DNA from: Narcine bancroftii
Taxonomy: Eukaryota
Reading direction: 5' to 3'
Assembly (NCBI RefSeq): GCF_036971445.1
Contig: NC_091471.1
Location: 342,984,001-343,048,000 of the forward strand
Length of the DNA: 64,000 bases
Each line of letters begins with the position of its first letter. Positions within the stretch are counted from its first letter, which is position 1. The notes below the pieces were generated by a model. It was not told the DNA's origin. It saw nothing but the letters and a program-made list of their open reading frames with translations, and searched no databases. Positions 24,723-38,117 of this stretch are shown here, piece by piece. The position numbers and the translations under genes were made by a program.

Positions 24723-27063
24723 CAAAAACCTCTGGCAATCTGCTGGAAATCAAAAAGGAAGGGCTCTAAATGGCGATGAAATGTTTCCAGGATGTTTAGG
24801 ATCCAAATCTCTCAACTGAACATTAACAAGCAGTAACACGAGACATCTGTGCTATCACTGGGACTTTTCCACTCAAGTCTGCCTCTGCTGTAGCCACAGA
24901 TGCAATCTTAGAGTTGGCAAGGATTGTACTGCCTGTGCTTTTCAATGTGAATGTAACCACAACGCTTAATTGTTTGGGAATTTTCCAAAGCTTTCATTAG
25001 AAATAGTTACAGTATCTTTCAGTTTCTTTTTGTTTGTCATGTAAGGGAGGACTAATAAAAGTTAAACGCAGAGGATGTAGTTTTTTTGGAAGGGCTGCAA
25101 ACTGTCTTATGGTGCAGCATGGCGATGGCCACCGAAAAATTGTTCTCTGGGCACTGAATGTTTACTCTGTTTCGCACCAGAAGATCAGGAATTTTCGCAT
25201 TCAACAGTGCGTGACCAGACCTAGAGACTTGTGTTGATTGGAGCCCATAATCCTGGCTGTAATCATGGAACTCAGTCTGAAAGTGCCATCTGCATCAGAA
25301 CAAGATGAATACCGATTAATGGTTTCCAAACCATATACAGTATGCAATAAAAAGGATGTCACCACTGAATATCTCACTGACCATTTGTCCACAACATGAA
25401 AAATAAAATACAAAAGAAATAAATAAATCCAAGTCTGTTAGCGATGATCTCAGTGCCTCTAACAGGAATAATGGAGGTGTGGACTGGCCTCTAATTAATA
25501 CAAGGAAACAATCTCATTGAGCCTGCTGCTGATGACTTGCTAAAGTGCAGCATGGTTAATTATTACTTCAAGTAGAAATATTTATAATGAGCCAAGAGAA
25601 CAGAATGGAATTGCCCCCTTCACAGGCGTTAAAGGTAGGTTAATCTTGCATTCAAATAGACACGGCAAATTTTAAGAGAATCTGCACAGAATTATTTCTT
25701 TATTTGTTTCATCTGCAAGTTGTATCGTTATCATTGAGAATGGAACCATCTCTGCATGCTGCCAATCTGACTGCCATCAGATATCAGCACACATCTGTCT
25801 CAGCAAGCAGACTAATCATACTCATTGCAAACAGCAGGAATACTTTGAATAATGTTCCAATTATGCTGTAGAGTAAGTTTCAGTACAGACAATGCACTCC
25901 AACCTCTGAAAGTAAGAGATCTGTGCTGATTTGTTCTTCATTTAGACTTCTTAAAAGCAGCACTGTTAATTTTCAGACTCTTGACGTATGTAAAAATAAA
26001 AGTTGTATTAAAAATAATACAGTAGTAACAATACTTTTTTTCAGAAGAGTTTTATGACTCTCTTGCAGAGTCTGGATATTTTAAGGTAGAGAAAGATTCT
26101 TGATGACCAAAGGATGCAATTTTAATGGGGTAAACTGAAAGGCAGGGAAGAGGTCATCAAATGATGGGGAATGCAATGCAGCAAGAGGTGGGGGAGTAGT
26201 CTGTTCATCTCCTCGTTCATTGCTTGCAGGTGTAGCTGTGGCGTTCACTAATTAGAGTAATAAAACACAAGGCCTCAAGTTATTAAAAACAGCGCAAAAC
26301 ACTGAAAATCAGGTGGAATCAACCTTCAGTTTCGTCTTTCTGAACTCGAGACACAAAACCCTGCATCCTTCTGCATTTACTTTTATTAGACCTCCCTTAC
26401 ATGACAAACAATAATGAACTGAAAGTACTGTAGCTATTTCTAATGGAGGTTGATGGAAGGTGAGAGATAATCCAAGATCCTTGAATTCAGTTTGAGTGAT
26501 GTGTATAATTTACCAGTACTTCAGTGGAAGTCACAAAACTGTTCACAGTCATTTAGCTGTTGACTACATCAAGACTTCCTTTTGAGTATTGGCATCCTGC
26601 TTAATGGCTTGTATTATCAAATCTGTCAGAAACATTTCAAACCTTCAAGTACAATGAACTGTTTCAAAGGGCAACAAGGTTCAATTATCAAGAAAACCAA
26701 AACGAAATAGTTTGTATAGTAGCAGCAGCATTTTGCACATTGCTTTCAAAATTCAAGTCTCATGAACAGAAAACAATCCTTTGCCACTAATACATCGTGC
26801 TGTTAGTGATACCAGCTAGTAATAAGTCAAATATTTTGATCAGAGCAACATCCTACTTGTATAAATGATTGAGAACAAATCGGATAAGGTGGCCATGAAA
26901 TCTGGGGAGAGATTTTAGTCTTATCAAATGGCAGAAAAGCTTTGACAGCATATGTAGAGAGAGTGGGCACAGATGTCGGGAAGTTTATTCTTTGGACAAA
27001 TCCACAACCTTCCTTTAAAGTTGGCAGATCTTTTAGTTCCCACAAAGGCTCATTATTTTAATC

Positions 27064-27434
27064 CAGTGGATCTCAACCTTTTTCTTTCCACTCACATATC
27101 ACTTTAAGTAATCCCTACGCCATCGGTGCTCTGTGATTAATAAGGGATTGCTTAAGGTGGTATGTGACTGGGAAGGGAAGGTTGAGAATCACTGCTCGAG
27201 ACCCAATTGTTACTGAAATATTTTGCTTGAGAAAAATTATCATTGGCCCATTTCCTTTGGAGTTATGAAACCGTGCACATAACGAGTCAATTAGGTACGA
27301 TTAAAACAGTGGTTTTCAAACTTTTTCTTTCCACTCGCACACTACCTAAAGCAATCCCCTACTAATCACAGAGCACCTATGCCATAGGGATTACTTAAAG
27401 TGGTAAGTGGAAAGAAAAAGGTTGAGAACCATTG
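27064..27434. mobile_element. Compound hAT MITE
   Basis: CAGTGG..TCAACC / GGTTGAGAACCATTG TIRs; 8-bp TSD TTTTAATC / GTTTAATC; two inverted mini-elements flanking a spacer. Confidence 0.88.
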
Positions 27435-28569
27435 GTTTAATCTTTAATTGAAAGCCAGGGTATATTAAAGCAGAGCTCGGTGCGTACAACTCGAAGCCTT
27501 CACCTTAGCTTCATGTGTTTAAAACTGAACTTCAAATAAGATTATTTTTTAAATTCTAGCTTGCACCACTTGGACAGACATGCATGCTCTTCCCTAAACA
27601 TCCTAATCATGGTTGCTAGAGCAAAGATATCAGACACTATGCCAAAGCATAGTGTAAGTGAGCTTCTCAATGAAATTAACTGATTTGGAGATCGAGTATT
27701 GTTGCACAGACTTTATTTCACATAATATTTCCACTGCTTACCAACCCTGAAATCTACTTCAACAAGTATGTACACTTATTCCGAGGGACTAACAAGCTGT
27801 TGCAGGAAATAGGATTACGTCATGGAATAAACCTGTCGAAAACTATAAAAAACCTTTTACTACAATTTTTGTATTAAAATCTTAGTTTTGCCTAATATGA
27901 AGGAGAGAGTATCCATTATCACTGTTGACATCAACAGCTGCTAGCACCCTGGACAAACTGTTAGGGCTTAACTTCTAAATAATATTTTGCTGAATATGTG
28001 CTGTATGAAAGTGGGCTGTTGGCCAACTATGTTAATGTTAAAGCTGCAACACAAACTTTCTTTCACAGAGTGACAGTGTCAATCTTCAGAAAACTTCTTC
28101 CACAGGGCTGGAGGAGCCAGCTCACTGGAGAGTGGCGCTGCGCACAAGTTTTACTTAGGACGATGCCTTTGGGACCGTTGTTGGGCAAGACTGCTGAGAA
28201 AGGCTGATGTATTTACTGTCAACACGTTTGGTGCATTTGGGAGCCTGCCAGGAGGACAATGTTCAATATCAAGGAATGTGTGGGATCCAGGTATTACTTG
28301 CCACAAAGCTTTCCATAGACCTTTGAACGTTCATTACCAGCACGGAAGTAGGAAAAAATGTCATCAACACACAAATATAGAATTATTTAAATTAACTCAG
28401 AGAAGCAAGACAGTTGGTCCAATCAGTTGTGTTCCACTTTATCTGTCTCCCATCTTTTTATGTCTAATTCTGCTTGCTTAAACTTTTTTTCATTTCTCAA
28501 TGTTTATCTCTCCTCTCATCAATATTTTATCCACGCTGTTGAACTATTCAGAGCAGTGCAAAGTTTAAG

Positions 28570-28835
28570 ATGAAAGGAGAAAGATTTAAGAGACCTAAGC
28601 AGCGAGTATTTCCACGCAGAGGGTAGTGAGCATATGGAATAAATTGCCAGAAGATATGGTAGAGCTAGGAACGATCACTATGTTTAAAATACAGTTAGAC
28701 TACTACATTATAGATTTTAAAAAAAACATTAGGATGTGTGCAAATGCAGGCAAATGGGATTAGCTCAGGTTGGCACCTTAGTCAGAATGCACAAGAGGGG
28801 CAGAAGAGTCTCTTGTTGTGCTGAATAACCCTGTG
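28570..28835 (+). mobile_element. CR1 3' end fragment
   Basis: 'ttccacgcagagggtagtgagcatatggaat..tgccaga' and 'aaatgcaggcaaatgggattag'. Confidence 0.75.
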
Positions 28836-28859
28836 ATTTTATGACCAGATGACGTAAAA

Positions 28860-29242
28860 GTATATGAAAAAGGAGCAGGAGTCGACCATCCGGCCTGTGG
28901 AGCCTGCTCCACCATGGCTGATCTAATGATAGGCTCATCGCCACCTACCTAGAATTTCCCCATAATCCCCCTACTATGGAGGAATCCATCCAACCTTGTC
29001 TTACATATATTTACTGAGGTCACTTCCACTGCTTCAATGGGCAGTAATTTTCAGATTCACCACCCTCTGAGAAAAACAGTTCCTCCACATCTCTGTCTGA
29101 AATTTATTACCCTGGACCTTGAGGCTATGTCCCCTAATTCTGGTCTCCCCTACCAATGGAAACAATTTACCTACCTCAATCTTATCATAATTTTGTGTTT
29201 TTACAAGATCCCCTCTCATTCTTCTTAATTCCAGCGAATACA
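28860..29242 (-). mobile_element. CR1 3' end fragment
   Basis: ORF 'YSLELRRMRGDL..RGHSLKV..RNCFSQRVVNL'. Confidence 0.85.
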
Positions 29243-29984
29243 TTTCTTTGATGACCTTTTAGCCCATGTTGTCATTATTGCTGCAATTCAAGTAGTAGTA
29301 CTCCTACCTGAAGTGGGGAGATTCTCAGTCTCTTTGCCTCCAACAGAGAGACCTGCTACTTCCTTCTTATCCTTCTCATCTTTCAACAGCATTTCCTATT
29401 CTGTATAGCCTAGGTCACGTTTGATTCTGAATAGCCAAACAGTATATGCATACTTGAGGGCCACTCATTTAATTCTTGAGATCAATATAAATAACTTGTA
29501 CATCTTTGATACTCATTCATGCAGACTTTTCCAATTTGATAGAATTGTAGAAGGGAGTAAAATATAAGAAGTTATTCTCCTCAGTCAGAGTGATACATTG
29601 CCCATCACACTGTTTAATACTGTGCTCAGTACGGAGGTTGACAGAAGTTATTGGCTGGAGATAGAAGCTCCACAGTGGATGTAATGGCATCAAATCAGCA
29701 TGAGTGCTAATGGATATTGTGAACTGCCAGCTCTGCGTGCTTCTGGCAAGCCTTTGGTGCATGGATTCTAAGCCATTAAGGCATTCAAAATAAAATGAGC
29801 AGCACATAGGTGATTGACAATGAGTTCAGATTTTTTTTTTGGTTACTTCAATGTATTGTATACCAGAGTCCAACTGCATGCAGAGGCAGGTTAATCGTGG
29901 TTCATGCACTGTAAATGTGATCATGCCTCTTCCTTCAAATCCATTTTAGTTTTGCAGGTAGCTCCAGTGACATAGTTTTTGTTC

Positions 29985-30260
29985 ATGACTTCTAGTGCTG
30001 CCTGCGTAGAGTTTATCCATGAACACGTGGATTTCCCCTAGGTCTCTGGCTTTTTCACACATCCCAATGGTGTGTCGGCTGATTGGCAAATGTTTTTAAA
30101 AAAAAACCATTGCTTGTTGAGGGGTAGTAGAATCGGGCATAAGCTGGAAAGTGTGGGGAGAGTAAAGTGGGATTCATTTTGGATTTGTGCACATCGAATA
30201 CGTTGGTGATTGGTTTGGACTCATTAGGCCAAAGGGCCAGTCTTCTTAGTTGTATGACTC
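29985..30260 (+). mobile_element. Older V-SINE
   Basis: Degenerate V-domain and CR1-type tail 'taggccaaagggccagt..gttgtatgactc'. Confidence 0.55.
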
Positions 30261-30347
30261 CATGCCTGCATTGACAATTTCATTCTCATTTGGGATTCAT
30301 GTAAATTTCATTGGTTTAGACTCGCTTGGACTTTGTTACATTGCTTT

Positions 30348-30895
30348 CTTCTTTGGCTTGGCTTCGCGGACGAAGATTTATGGAGGGGGTAAAAAGTCCA
30401 CATCAGCTGCAGGCTCGTTTGTGGCTGACAAGTCCGATGCGGGACAGGCAGACACGGTTGCAGCGGTTGCAGGGGAAAATTGGTTGGTTGGGGTTGGGTG
30501 TTGGGTTTTTCCTCCTTTGCCTTTTGTCAGTGAGGTGGGCTCTGCGGTCTTCTTCAAAGGAGGTTGCTGCCCGCCAAACTGTGAGGCGCCAAGATGCACG
30601 GTTTGAGGCGTTATCAGCCCACTGGCGGTGGTCATTGTGGCAGGCACCAAGAGATTTCTTTAGGCAGTCCTTGTACCTTTTCTTTGGTGCACCTCTGTCA
30701 CGGTGGCCAGTGGAGAGCTCGCCATATAACACGATCTTGGGAAGGCGATGGTCCTCCATTCTGGAGACGTGACCCATCCAGCGCAGCTGGATCTTCAGCA
30801 GCGTGGACTCAATGCTGTCGACCTCTGCCATCTTGAGTACTTCGACGTTAGGGATGAAAGCGCTCCAATGGATGTTGAGGATGGAGCGGTCCAGG
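30348..30895 (-). mobile_element. RTE LINE 3' fragment (young)
   Basis: Near-identical to about 10293-10819; 10-bp TSD ACATTGCTTT (30338-30347 / 30896-30905); a few extra nt at the 5' junction. Confidence 0.95.
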
Positions 30896-31479
30896 ACATT
30901 GCTTTAGAGAATTAGTTAATATCAGTCTTTTTTCCTAATGAGCCACAGTCTATTTTCCTTACTTTTTAGCCTTGCTATGAGGATAACATGCCCAGAGTGT
31001 GTTGGAGATGGTCAATCTGATGCAGCTGAAGCCCTTTTCTTGGTCCTTTTGTATTAACGTGTGGCCATATTTGATCTGAAATATATTTTCCCGACAGAAA
31101 ATCATGTTTTGTTTTAATTTTTAGTTTTCTATTCCTAACCATAAATTTTTTAAAAATTCATAGAAATAATTTAGAAAAGTATTTGTGGTTGTATCAATGT
31201 ATTTATGAAAGATGTACTTGATTCAATAACAAGGATATAATTATATAAAATATGAGGCTGTTCGAACACCTGTACAATGCTAGAACCAATCATTCAAACA
31301 GTGCCAAGGTGTGCACAATATTAAGTGGAATTAGTTTGTCAAAATGCAGTGCTAATTGAGACATTGCTCTGTAGAATTACACTCAAACTATATCCAGACT
31401 CCCTCATCATTACGAATTAGAAAACTAAAGAATCAGAGACCATCATGATTTAAGGACAGGGCAAAACAATAATAGAAGT

Positions 31480-31800
31480 CTCCAAGATTATGAGTGGCAT
31501 AGATAGGGTGGACAGCCAGCACCTTTTTACGGGGGTGAGATTAACATCGGTACTTAGGAAAGTTTAGGAAAGACATTAGGGTACTTTCTTTAAACAGAAA
31601 TTAATGTATGCCTGGAATGCATTGCCAGAGGTGTTGGTGGAGTCTGGTACAATAGGACATTTAAAAGATCTTTAGATGGGTATGGATGTAATAAAAATAG
31701 AGATATGGGTGTGAGGTAGGGAATATTTAGTTTCTAGAGTAGGTTTGTATTGGTTAGCACAGCAAGGATCAAATGGCCTGCACTTTGCAGTGTTGTTCTA
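31480..31800 (+). mobile_element. CR1 3' end fragment
   Basis: 'gattatgagtggcatagatagggtggacagccag..gcctggaatgcattgccag' and CR1 tail. Confidence 0.75.
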
Positions 31801-32165
31801 TGGCCTCTGTTTAACCTCTCTTTCAACGATGTACCCCTGGTGCTGTAAAGTTCCAAATGTCCACCAAGCAGTCATTGCAGATGCACTCTACCTGAGACGT
31901 AACACTTTCAATTCCAGTAATTGATTTTACCTTGGTCAATATCAGATTATTAACATGATGAAAATGTAAATGATTGCTATATCCAGAGACCAGCCTGGCA
32001 TTTTACTTTCACCTCCATTAACTTCATTAAATGTTAATGGCTACTTAAATCAAGTAGCAATTGGACAAAGTCAGATCCTGTACTTACCTGAAGTCAGCAC
32101 ACACCTTCCAATAAAAATGAGTGGTTAGCTATCAAAGAGAACGCCAGGTTATTTTGCCATTGATC

Positions 32166-32532
32166 TGTAGCCGACTGCTACAAAGAAACACACACACTCA
32201 CAGTGTGGGAGGTTAAGCTCTGAGATTTATTGAGCCTGGAAGGGCTCCTTTTATAGAGTTGGAGTTCCCGCCGTTTGTTTGATCGGCTGACATCAGCCGC
32301 ATGAAAAACAATAGTGGGTGCATGTAAATACCCTTCTTCCCCAGCCTGTTATTGATCTGTTAGCTGGGCAGTTTGTCCAGCATCATTTTAGGGCTGCTGG
32401 TCTTGTACTGCTCCAGCTTTCAACTGTGCCGGTTCACTGTGTTAAGGGACATGTTACACTGTGTTATGCTGTTGTTTACTACATGCGCCGTGTGATGTGC
32501 CGGCTCAATCTCTGCAGTGGCAGGCCGCCACA
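32166..32532 (-). mobile_element. Solo LTR (Gypsy-like)
   Basis: TGTAGCCG...CCGCCACA ends; near-TSD GATC/AATC; minus-strand TATAAAA near 32250 and AATAAA near 32226. Confidence 0.7.
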
Positions 32533-33209
32533 AATCATTATTTACATGATCAGTTTTTCATGGGCCAGTTCAGGGAAGGTTATTTGAGGCCACACACAAT
32601 TGACATTCAGAATCTATCCAGTATTTATAGAGACCTTGCAAAGCAAGAAGTTCCAAGGTACTTCTCAGGAGTCTAGGTAACTGATAACAAACACCAAACC
32701 ATATAGGGAAATTTGACCCGGAAGAAGGTTTAATGTACGACTTAAAGAAGAAAGAGAAATAGAGAGGTGGAAAGTTTTAGGAAGGGAATTCCAGAGCTTG
32801 AAATCCTGGCACCACAAATATGTGGTCAGAAGTCTGTGGACTACAGATATCTGAGAGAATCACTGGCCATGGTACACTTTAAATCAAAACTAGGAATTTT
32901 CCGGCATTCCTAACTGCATTCAATTAAAGACAGTAAGCATAGCAGTGATGTGTACATGGGAGTTGGTGCGAATTTTTTTTTTCAAAACAAGACTGAAAGC
33001 CAATGGCTATGAACTGTTACTTCACAAGAGGAAAATAGTGTCTATACAAATTTTTGCTTGAACTTTGTTGAAGAGAAATAATTTGATGTACATTGACCGA
33101 TCATGTGAGTGTTATAGCAAAGGAAACATTGTTGACTGGCTTGACCCTAGGAAGGGAGATGAATGTTTATAGTTTACTTGACTATTTCTGCCAGACTTGA
33201 ATATGTGAG

Positions 33210-33420
33210 TCAAACATGAAGGGCTGCAGACACTGTGACTGAGATAAAAACACACAAGTCAAACCGTGTACTTTATTGAGCAAAGGTAAAGATGCAAGCC
33301 GACTGTTTCAGGCTTGAGCCCTTCATCAGGGTATGAAAATCGTGGGTAGAGAGGGAAGGGAAGAGGAGGAGCACAGTCCCACAGGCAGGAGGTAATAGGT
33401 GGGTAAAGGACGGAGGGCAT
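33210..33420 (-). mobile_element. Penelope terminal fragment
   Basis: 'tttcaggcttgagcccttcatcagggtatg' is the antisense of a CTGATGA..GAAA core; purine-rich pLTR follows. Confidence 0.7.
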
Positions 33421-33873
33421 AACCCTCTGTTTTTCTCCGATCCATGAGCCTGTTTAAGAGTCTCTTAATTGATTAGAGAAACAAATTATTTGAGATTAAT
33501 GCGAAAAAGTAATGCCACGCTTAGAAATGGAAGAGCAGAATGAATGGAAGAGCAGAAACGAGGGACCCAATTGCCTAATCTTACTTCTACTGCTTGTGTG
33601 CTTTCAGTCACCCTTCATGTAGCTCAAGAAAAATGAATGGTTGTTAAAGCCTGACCTGCAATCACACCCCACATTAACTCCCAAAGAAATAAGGTTTACA
33701 AACAACTGCACCAAGTTTAAAAAGTTTCTGGCAACAAACATTGGTTTAATTAGTTTACTCAGAGAAGAACAAGAATGAATTTTTTTTAAAAAGCTGACCC
33801 TGCAATAATCGTATGCTAATTCACTGCTCAATGAGATTAATTCAAGAAACATTAGAGGCCAGTCATTTCCTAT

Positions 33874-34468
33874 TCTTTTCTTTCTTCTTTTTCTTCTTTT
33901 CTTTGGCTTGGCTTCGCGGACGAAGATTTATGGAGGGGTAAATGTCCACGTCAGCTGCAGGCTCGTTTGTAGCTGACAAGTCCAATGCGGGACAGGCAGA
34001 CACGGTTGCAGGGGAAAATTGGTTGGTTGGGGTTGGGTGTTGGGTTTTTCCTCCTTTGTCTTTAGTCAGTGAGGTGGGCTCTGCGGTCTTCTTCAAAGGA
34101 GGTTGCTGGCCGCCGAACTGTGAGGCGCCAAGATGCACGGTTTGAGGCGATATCAGCCTACTGGCGGTGGTCAATGTGGCAGGCACCAAGAGATTTCTTT
34201 AGGCAGTCCTCGTACCTCTTCTTTGGTGCACCTCTGTCTCGGTGGCCAGTGGAGAGCTCGCCATATAACACGATCTTGGGAAGGCGATGGTCCTCCATTC
34301 TGGAGACGTGACCTACCCAGCGCAGTTGGATCTTCAGCAGCGTGGATTCGATGCTGTCGGCCTCTGCCATCTTGAGTACTTTGATGTTAGGGATGAAGTC
34401 GCTCCAATGAATGTTGAGGATGGAGCGGAGACAACGCTGGTGGAAGCGTTCTAGGAGCTGTAGGTGAT
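33874..34468 (-). mobile_element. RTE LINE 3' fragment (young)
   Basis: Near-identical to about 10253-10819; extended (GAA/GAAA)n tail. Confidence 0.95.
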
Positions 34469-35105
34469 AACCTCACACTAACAGACACTCACTTTGTAAA
34501 ATAAAACCCACTGGCTGGTCATTGAATGGGCCAGCATCAAAATAGCCAATCTATGGCCAGTTTTTCATGAGCTGGAGTCAATTGGCATTCAAAATGTAGC
34601 CAGTAGTAAAATATTTGAGAATCCATTAAAATTTAAAAAAAAACACTCAATAATTCATGTGGTTTCTATGGAAAAAGAAACAATTAATGTTCCATCAGAA
34701 CTGGAAAAGAAATTGGACATGAAGTGCTTTAAACTGTCATGAAAATGGAGAAAAGAGAGGGTGAAGGGAAAGAATACAATAAAATGAAATACAGGAGATA
34801 TTAACTGACAAAAAGGATAATGGTGCAAGCCAAAGCGAATGATAATGCAACACATAAGAAAGTTAAAGATCAGTCTGGATGCACCATAAATGAGATTAAA
34901 GAATCATTATCTAAAATTGTTAAACACAACATGAAGTACTGAAGCCTCGATTGTATGTAAATTAAAGGCTCTGATTTGAAGTGAGGCACGCAAGCATTTG
35001 TGAACAAGTACTTTTTGAATTGGATTCAGTCTTAAGTACTCATTTCTGCAACCAGGGTGAAACTGGTTTTAACTTGTATTCAATCCACATTGTTTTAAAC
35101 CAGTA

Positions 35106-35465
35106 CAGTGATTCTCAATTTTTTTCTTCCCACTCACATACCACTTTAATGCTCTGTGATTAGTAAGGGATTGCTTAAGGTGTGAATGGGAAGGGAAGGT
35201 TGAGAACCACTGCTCTAGACCCAATTATTACTGAAATATTTTGCTTGAGAAAAATTGTAATTGGTCCATTTCCTATGGAGTTATGAAACCGTGCACAGAA
35301 TGAGTCAATTAGATATGTTTAAAAGGGTGGTTTTCAAATTTTTTCTTTGGGCATAGTATTCCCTATGCCATAAATGCTCTGTGATTAGGAAGGGATTACT
35401 TAAGGTGGTATGTGGGTGAAAAGAAAAGCACTGTTTTCATCATACCTAATTGACTCGTGATGTGC
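35106..35465. mobile_element. Compound hAT MITE, rearranged second copy
   Basis: Same unit-spacer-unit sequence as 27064-27434, ending in an inverted piece of the spacer. Confidence 0.8.
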
Positions 35466-35589
35466 CCCAGCTATCTCTTCTCTCACTTCCCACAGCACCC
35501 TAGGGTATATCGCATCTGACCCCAATCTTGATGTTTTTAAGATCCAACCCTTAGCCTTCTTTAATTAAGTCAGGATTCTGGTGCAACAC
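35378..35589 (+). repeat. Left arm of a ~215-bp inverted duplication
   Basis: Reverse complement of 38625-38842 with about 4 substitutions and two 3-nt indels. Confidence 0.93.
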
Positions 35590-35667
35590 TTTTGGAGCAT
35601 GACACCAGAAAGTTCATAACAGCTCATTTGATAGAAAAACCAATCACTCACTCCACCTCTAATGCAC

Positions 35668-36260
35668 TGTAACGGGAGCATCACATGACCTGCCTAGCAG
35701 GCGAGAGATCGGAAGTGACCTCATCAAGGGTTGATCGACCCACCTGTGAGGTTGATGTGCCAATCAATGGTTAGATCAGTCCGCATGTGAGGCTGACGCG
35801 TGATGGGCCTTGCATTGAAAAAGCCCACACATGGATCCTGCTGGCTACTTTTTTTGCTGCTGCCTCAAGACCATTACTGAACCCCAAGCTGCAGGCCACG
35901 GGGTGGCACCAGAGGATCGACTGCAATGTGCCTATTCTGAATCCAGAGACTTGGGCGAAGCTGGAGACCAGGATCATTTGATATACTTGTTAGTTATAAT
36001 TAATTTATTCTTTAGTAGTGTGTGGTGACTGCGAGAGATAGGGTTGGTAGGTACTGTATGTTTAACCCTATCATTCCCAGTTGGGAGTTGAGAATGCTTA
36101 GCAATGATTTATTTATACCCGATGTGTAATTATTTTTGTGAATTCCATATGATTAAGCACACACAATCAAAGTTAGACTGAACTCTGGTTGTGAGACCAC
36201 AGCTGCACCTCTGCGTGGTCATCTCGTTGAGCTAGAAGATAAATATTGGAGGTGATATTA
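35668..36260 (+). mobile_element. Probable LTR (3' end uncertain)
   Basis: Starts TGTAACGGG; GC-rich U3-like part then AT-rich U5-like part; no TSD found. Confidence 0.4.
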
Positions 36261-37149
36261 CCAATTGTTGAGCAGGGACTGTGTTAGGCAATTGATCAAG
36301 ATAAGCCTCGAAGCAGAGTGCATCATTTTCCAGGCCACTTTAATCCAGAAGAAGATCGATGATGATATTACCTCCACTAGACCCTCTTCCAGGATAGCCT
36401 ATCTGTTGTCCAGACAAAAAAGATCATGAAAATATCCGAAGATTCTGGTGACGAGGCATTCAATCGTCTATCCATAGACCGGTCCAATAGGGCAACAAGG
36501 CCATTCTGTGCAGACTACTGCATGAATGACCTGTGGTTAAAGGTCACTGCACATACTTTCTAAGAGAGACAGGTGGTACAGCATGGCCAAACTGATCAGA
36601 GCAGTGACAAACACACTCTTCAAGTTGGGCTGGAGGGCCTATTTCCATGCTGTATGAATCTACGACTCCAATACTGGGGATAGATAGAACCACAGAACAT
36701 GGTGAAACTTGATGTTTACATACCCAAGGTACATTGATGGTTTGATGCAGGTGCATCCAATGACAACCATCAGCAAGAGGGCCATATTGGCTACATTTTC
36801 TGCCTGCCATCTCCTGGTATATTATGTTTCTCTGGACTTGAGACTGCTCTCGAAAAACAGTAACTTCTAAGCAAAGGAATCGAGTATGGGTGCATTTCAC
36901 ACAGCCCTCCATTATTGCTGCAACTGTTCTTTAAGCTGAAAATTTCCCTGCAATTGGACAAATGCCACTTGCAATATCATATGCCCCTTTAAGGTCTGGC
37001 TGCCGAGACACTGGAAGCTGCAAGATCAATAAAGACGCCTGCAGTTAAAATGGCTAAATATACAGATACACGAGAACACCCAACAATGCTAATCTGGGAT
37101 CATCACAATTAAAACCCACAATGTTTTTGACCTAAAGTAGAGTGTGAGA

Positions 37150-37930
37150 CCACACAAGACCAAGGAACAGAACCAGGCCACTCGGCCCATCGAGTTTGTT
37201 CCGTAAAACTACACTAACCAATTTCCGGTCTTTTCCCCATATCCCTTGATGCCCTCACTAATGAGATACTTATCCATTTCTTGTTTAAATACTCCCAGTG
37301 ATCTCGCTTCCAATGCTGCATGTGGCAGCAAGTTCCACAGGTCCACGATCCTCTGGCTAAAGAAGTTCTTTCTAATCTCTGTTTTATACAGATAACCTCT
37401 AATTTTCAGACTATGACCCCTTGTCCTCAATTCACCCACCAAGGGAAACCTCTTAACCGCATCCACCCTATCTAATCTTTTCAAAATATGAAAAGCCTCT
37501 ATGAGATCTCCTCTCCTATACTCCAATGAATACAACCCAAGAGCTGCCAAACACTCCTCGTACGTTACCCCCCCCCCCCCCCCCGCACCCTCTCCAACAA
37601 CATCACATCCTTTCTAAGCTAGGGGGCCCAAAACTGCACACAATACTCCAAATGAGGCCTCACCAATGCCCCCATAGAGCCTCATCAACACCTCTTAACT
37701 CTTGTTCACTATTTCTCTTGAAATGAAGGCCAACATAGCATTCGCTTTCTTCACTACCAACGTCACCTGGTCATTAACTTTTAGGTTTCCCTGCACGAGG
37801 TCATCCACGTCCCTTTGCACATCCGAGGACTGAATTTTCACCCCATCCAAACAGTATTCTGCCTGTTTGTTACCACTGCCAAAGTGTACCACTGTACATT
37901 TCTCTTATGTTGAAACTCATCTGCCATAAT
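37150..37930 (-). mobile_element. CR1 LINE 3' fragment
   Basis: ORFs 'LGLYSLEYRRGDLIEAF..RTRGHSLKI..FFSQRIVDLWN' and 'VKKANAMLAFISR'. Confidence 0.9.
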
Positions 37931-38117
37931 TTGAGATATGACACTTCTTCAAAGTGAATTGAAGTCACTCTGAAACACAAGTGGTTTGGAAATTCATTCC
38001 CACAGAAAGATGTAGTCGCTTACCATTCGAATCTGTCGTTTACTCCCGCAAAAAAAAGTCTCTCCATTTGGGGGAATTCACTGGTAACTGATTTTTATTT
38101 TATTTTTTTTACATTAG

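Noticed and set aside
30250-30836. Recurrent ORFs such as '[13 protein letters not shown]..' and '[10 protein letters not shown]..' (also at 10.3-10.8, 33.9-34.4 and 60.8-61.3 kb)
   Set aside because: Alternative-frame or antisense shadows of the same RTE 3' end, not a gene family
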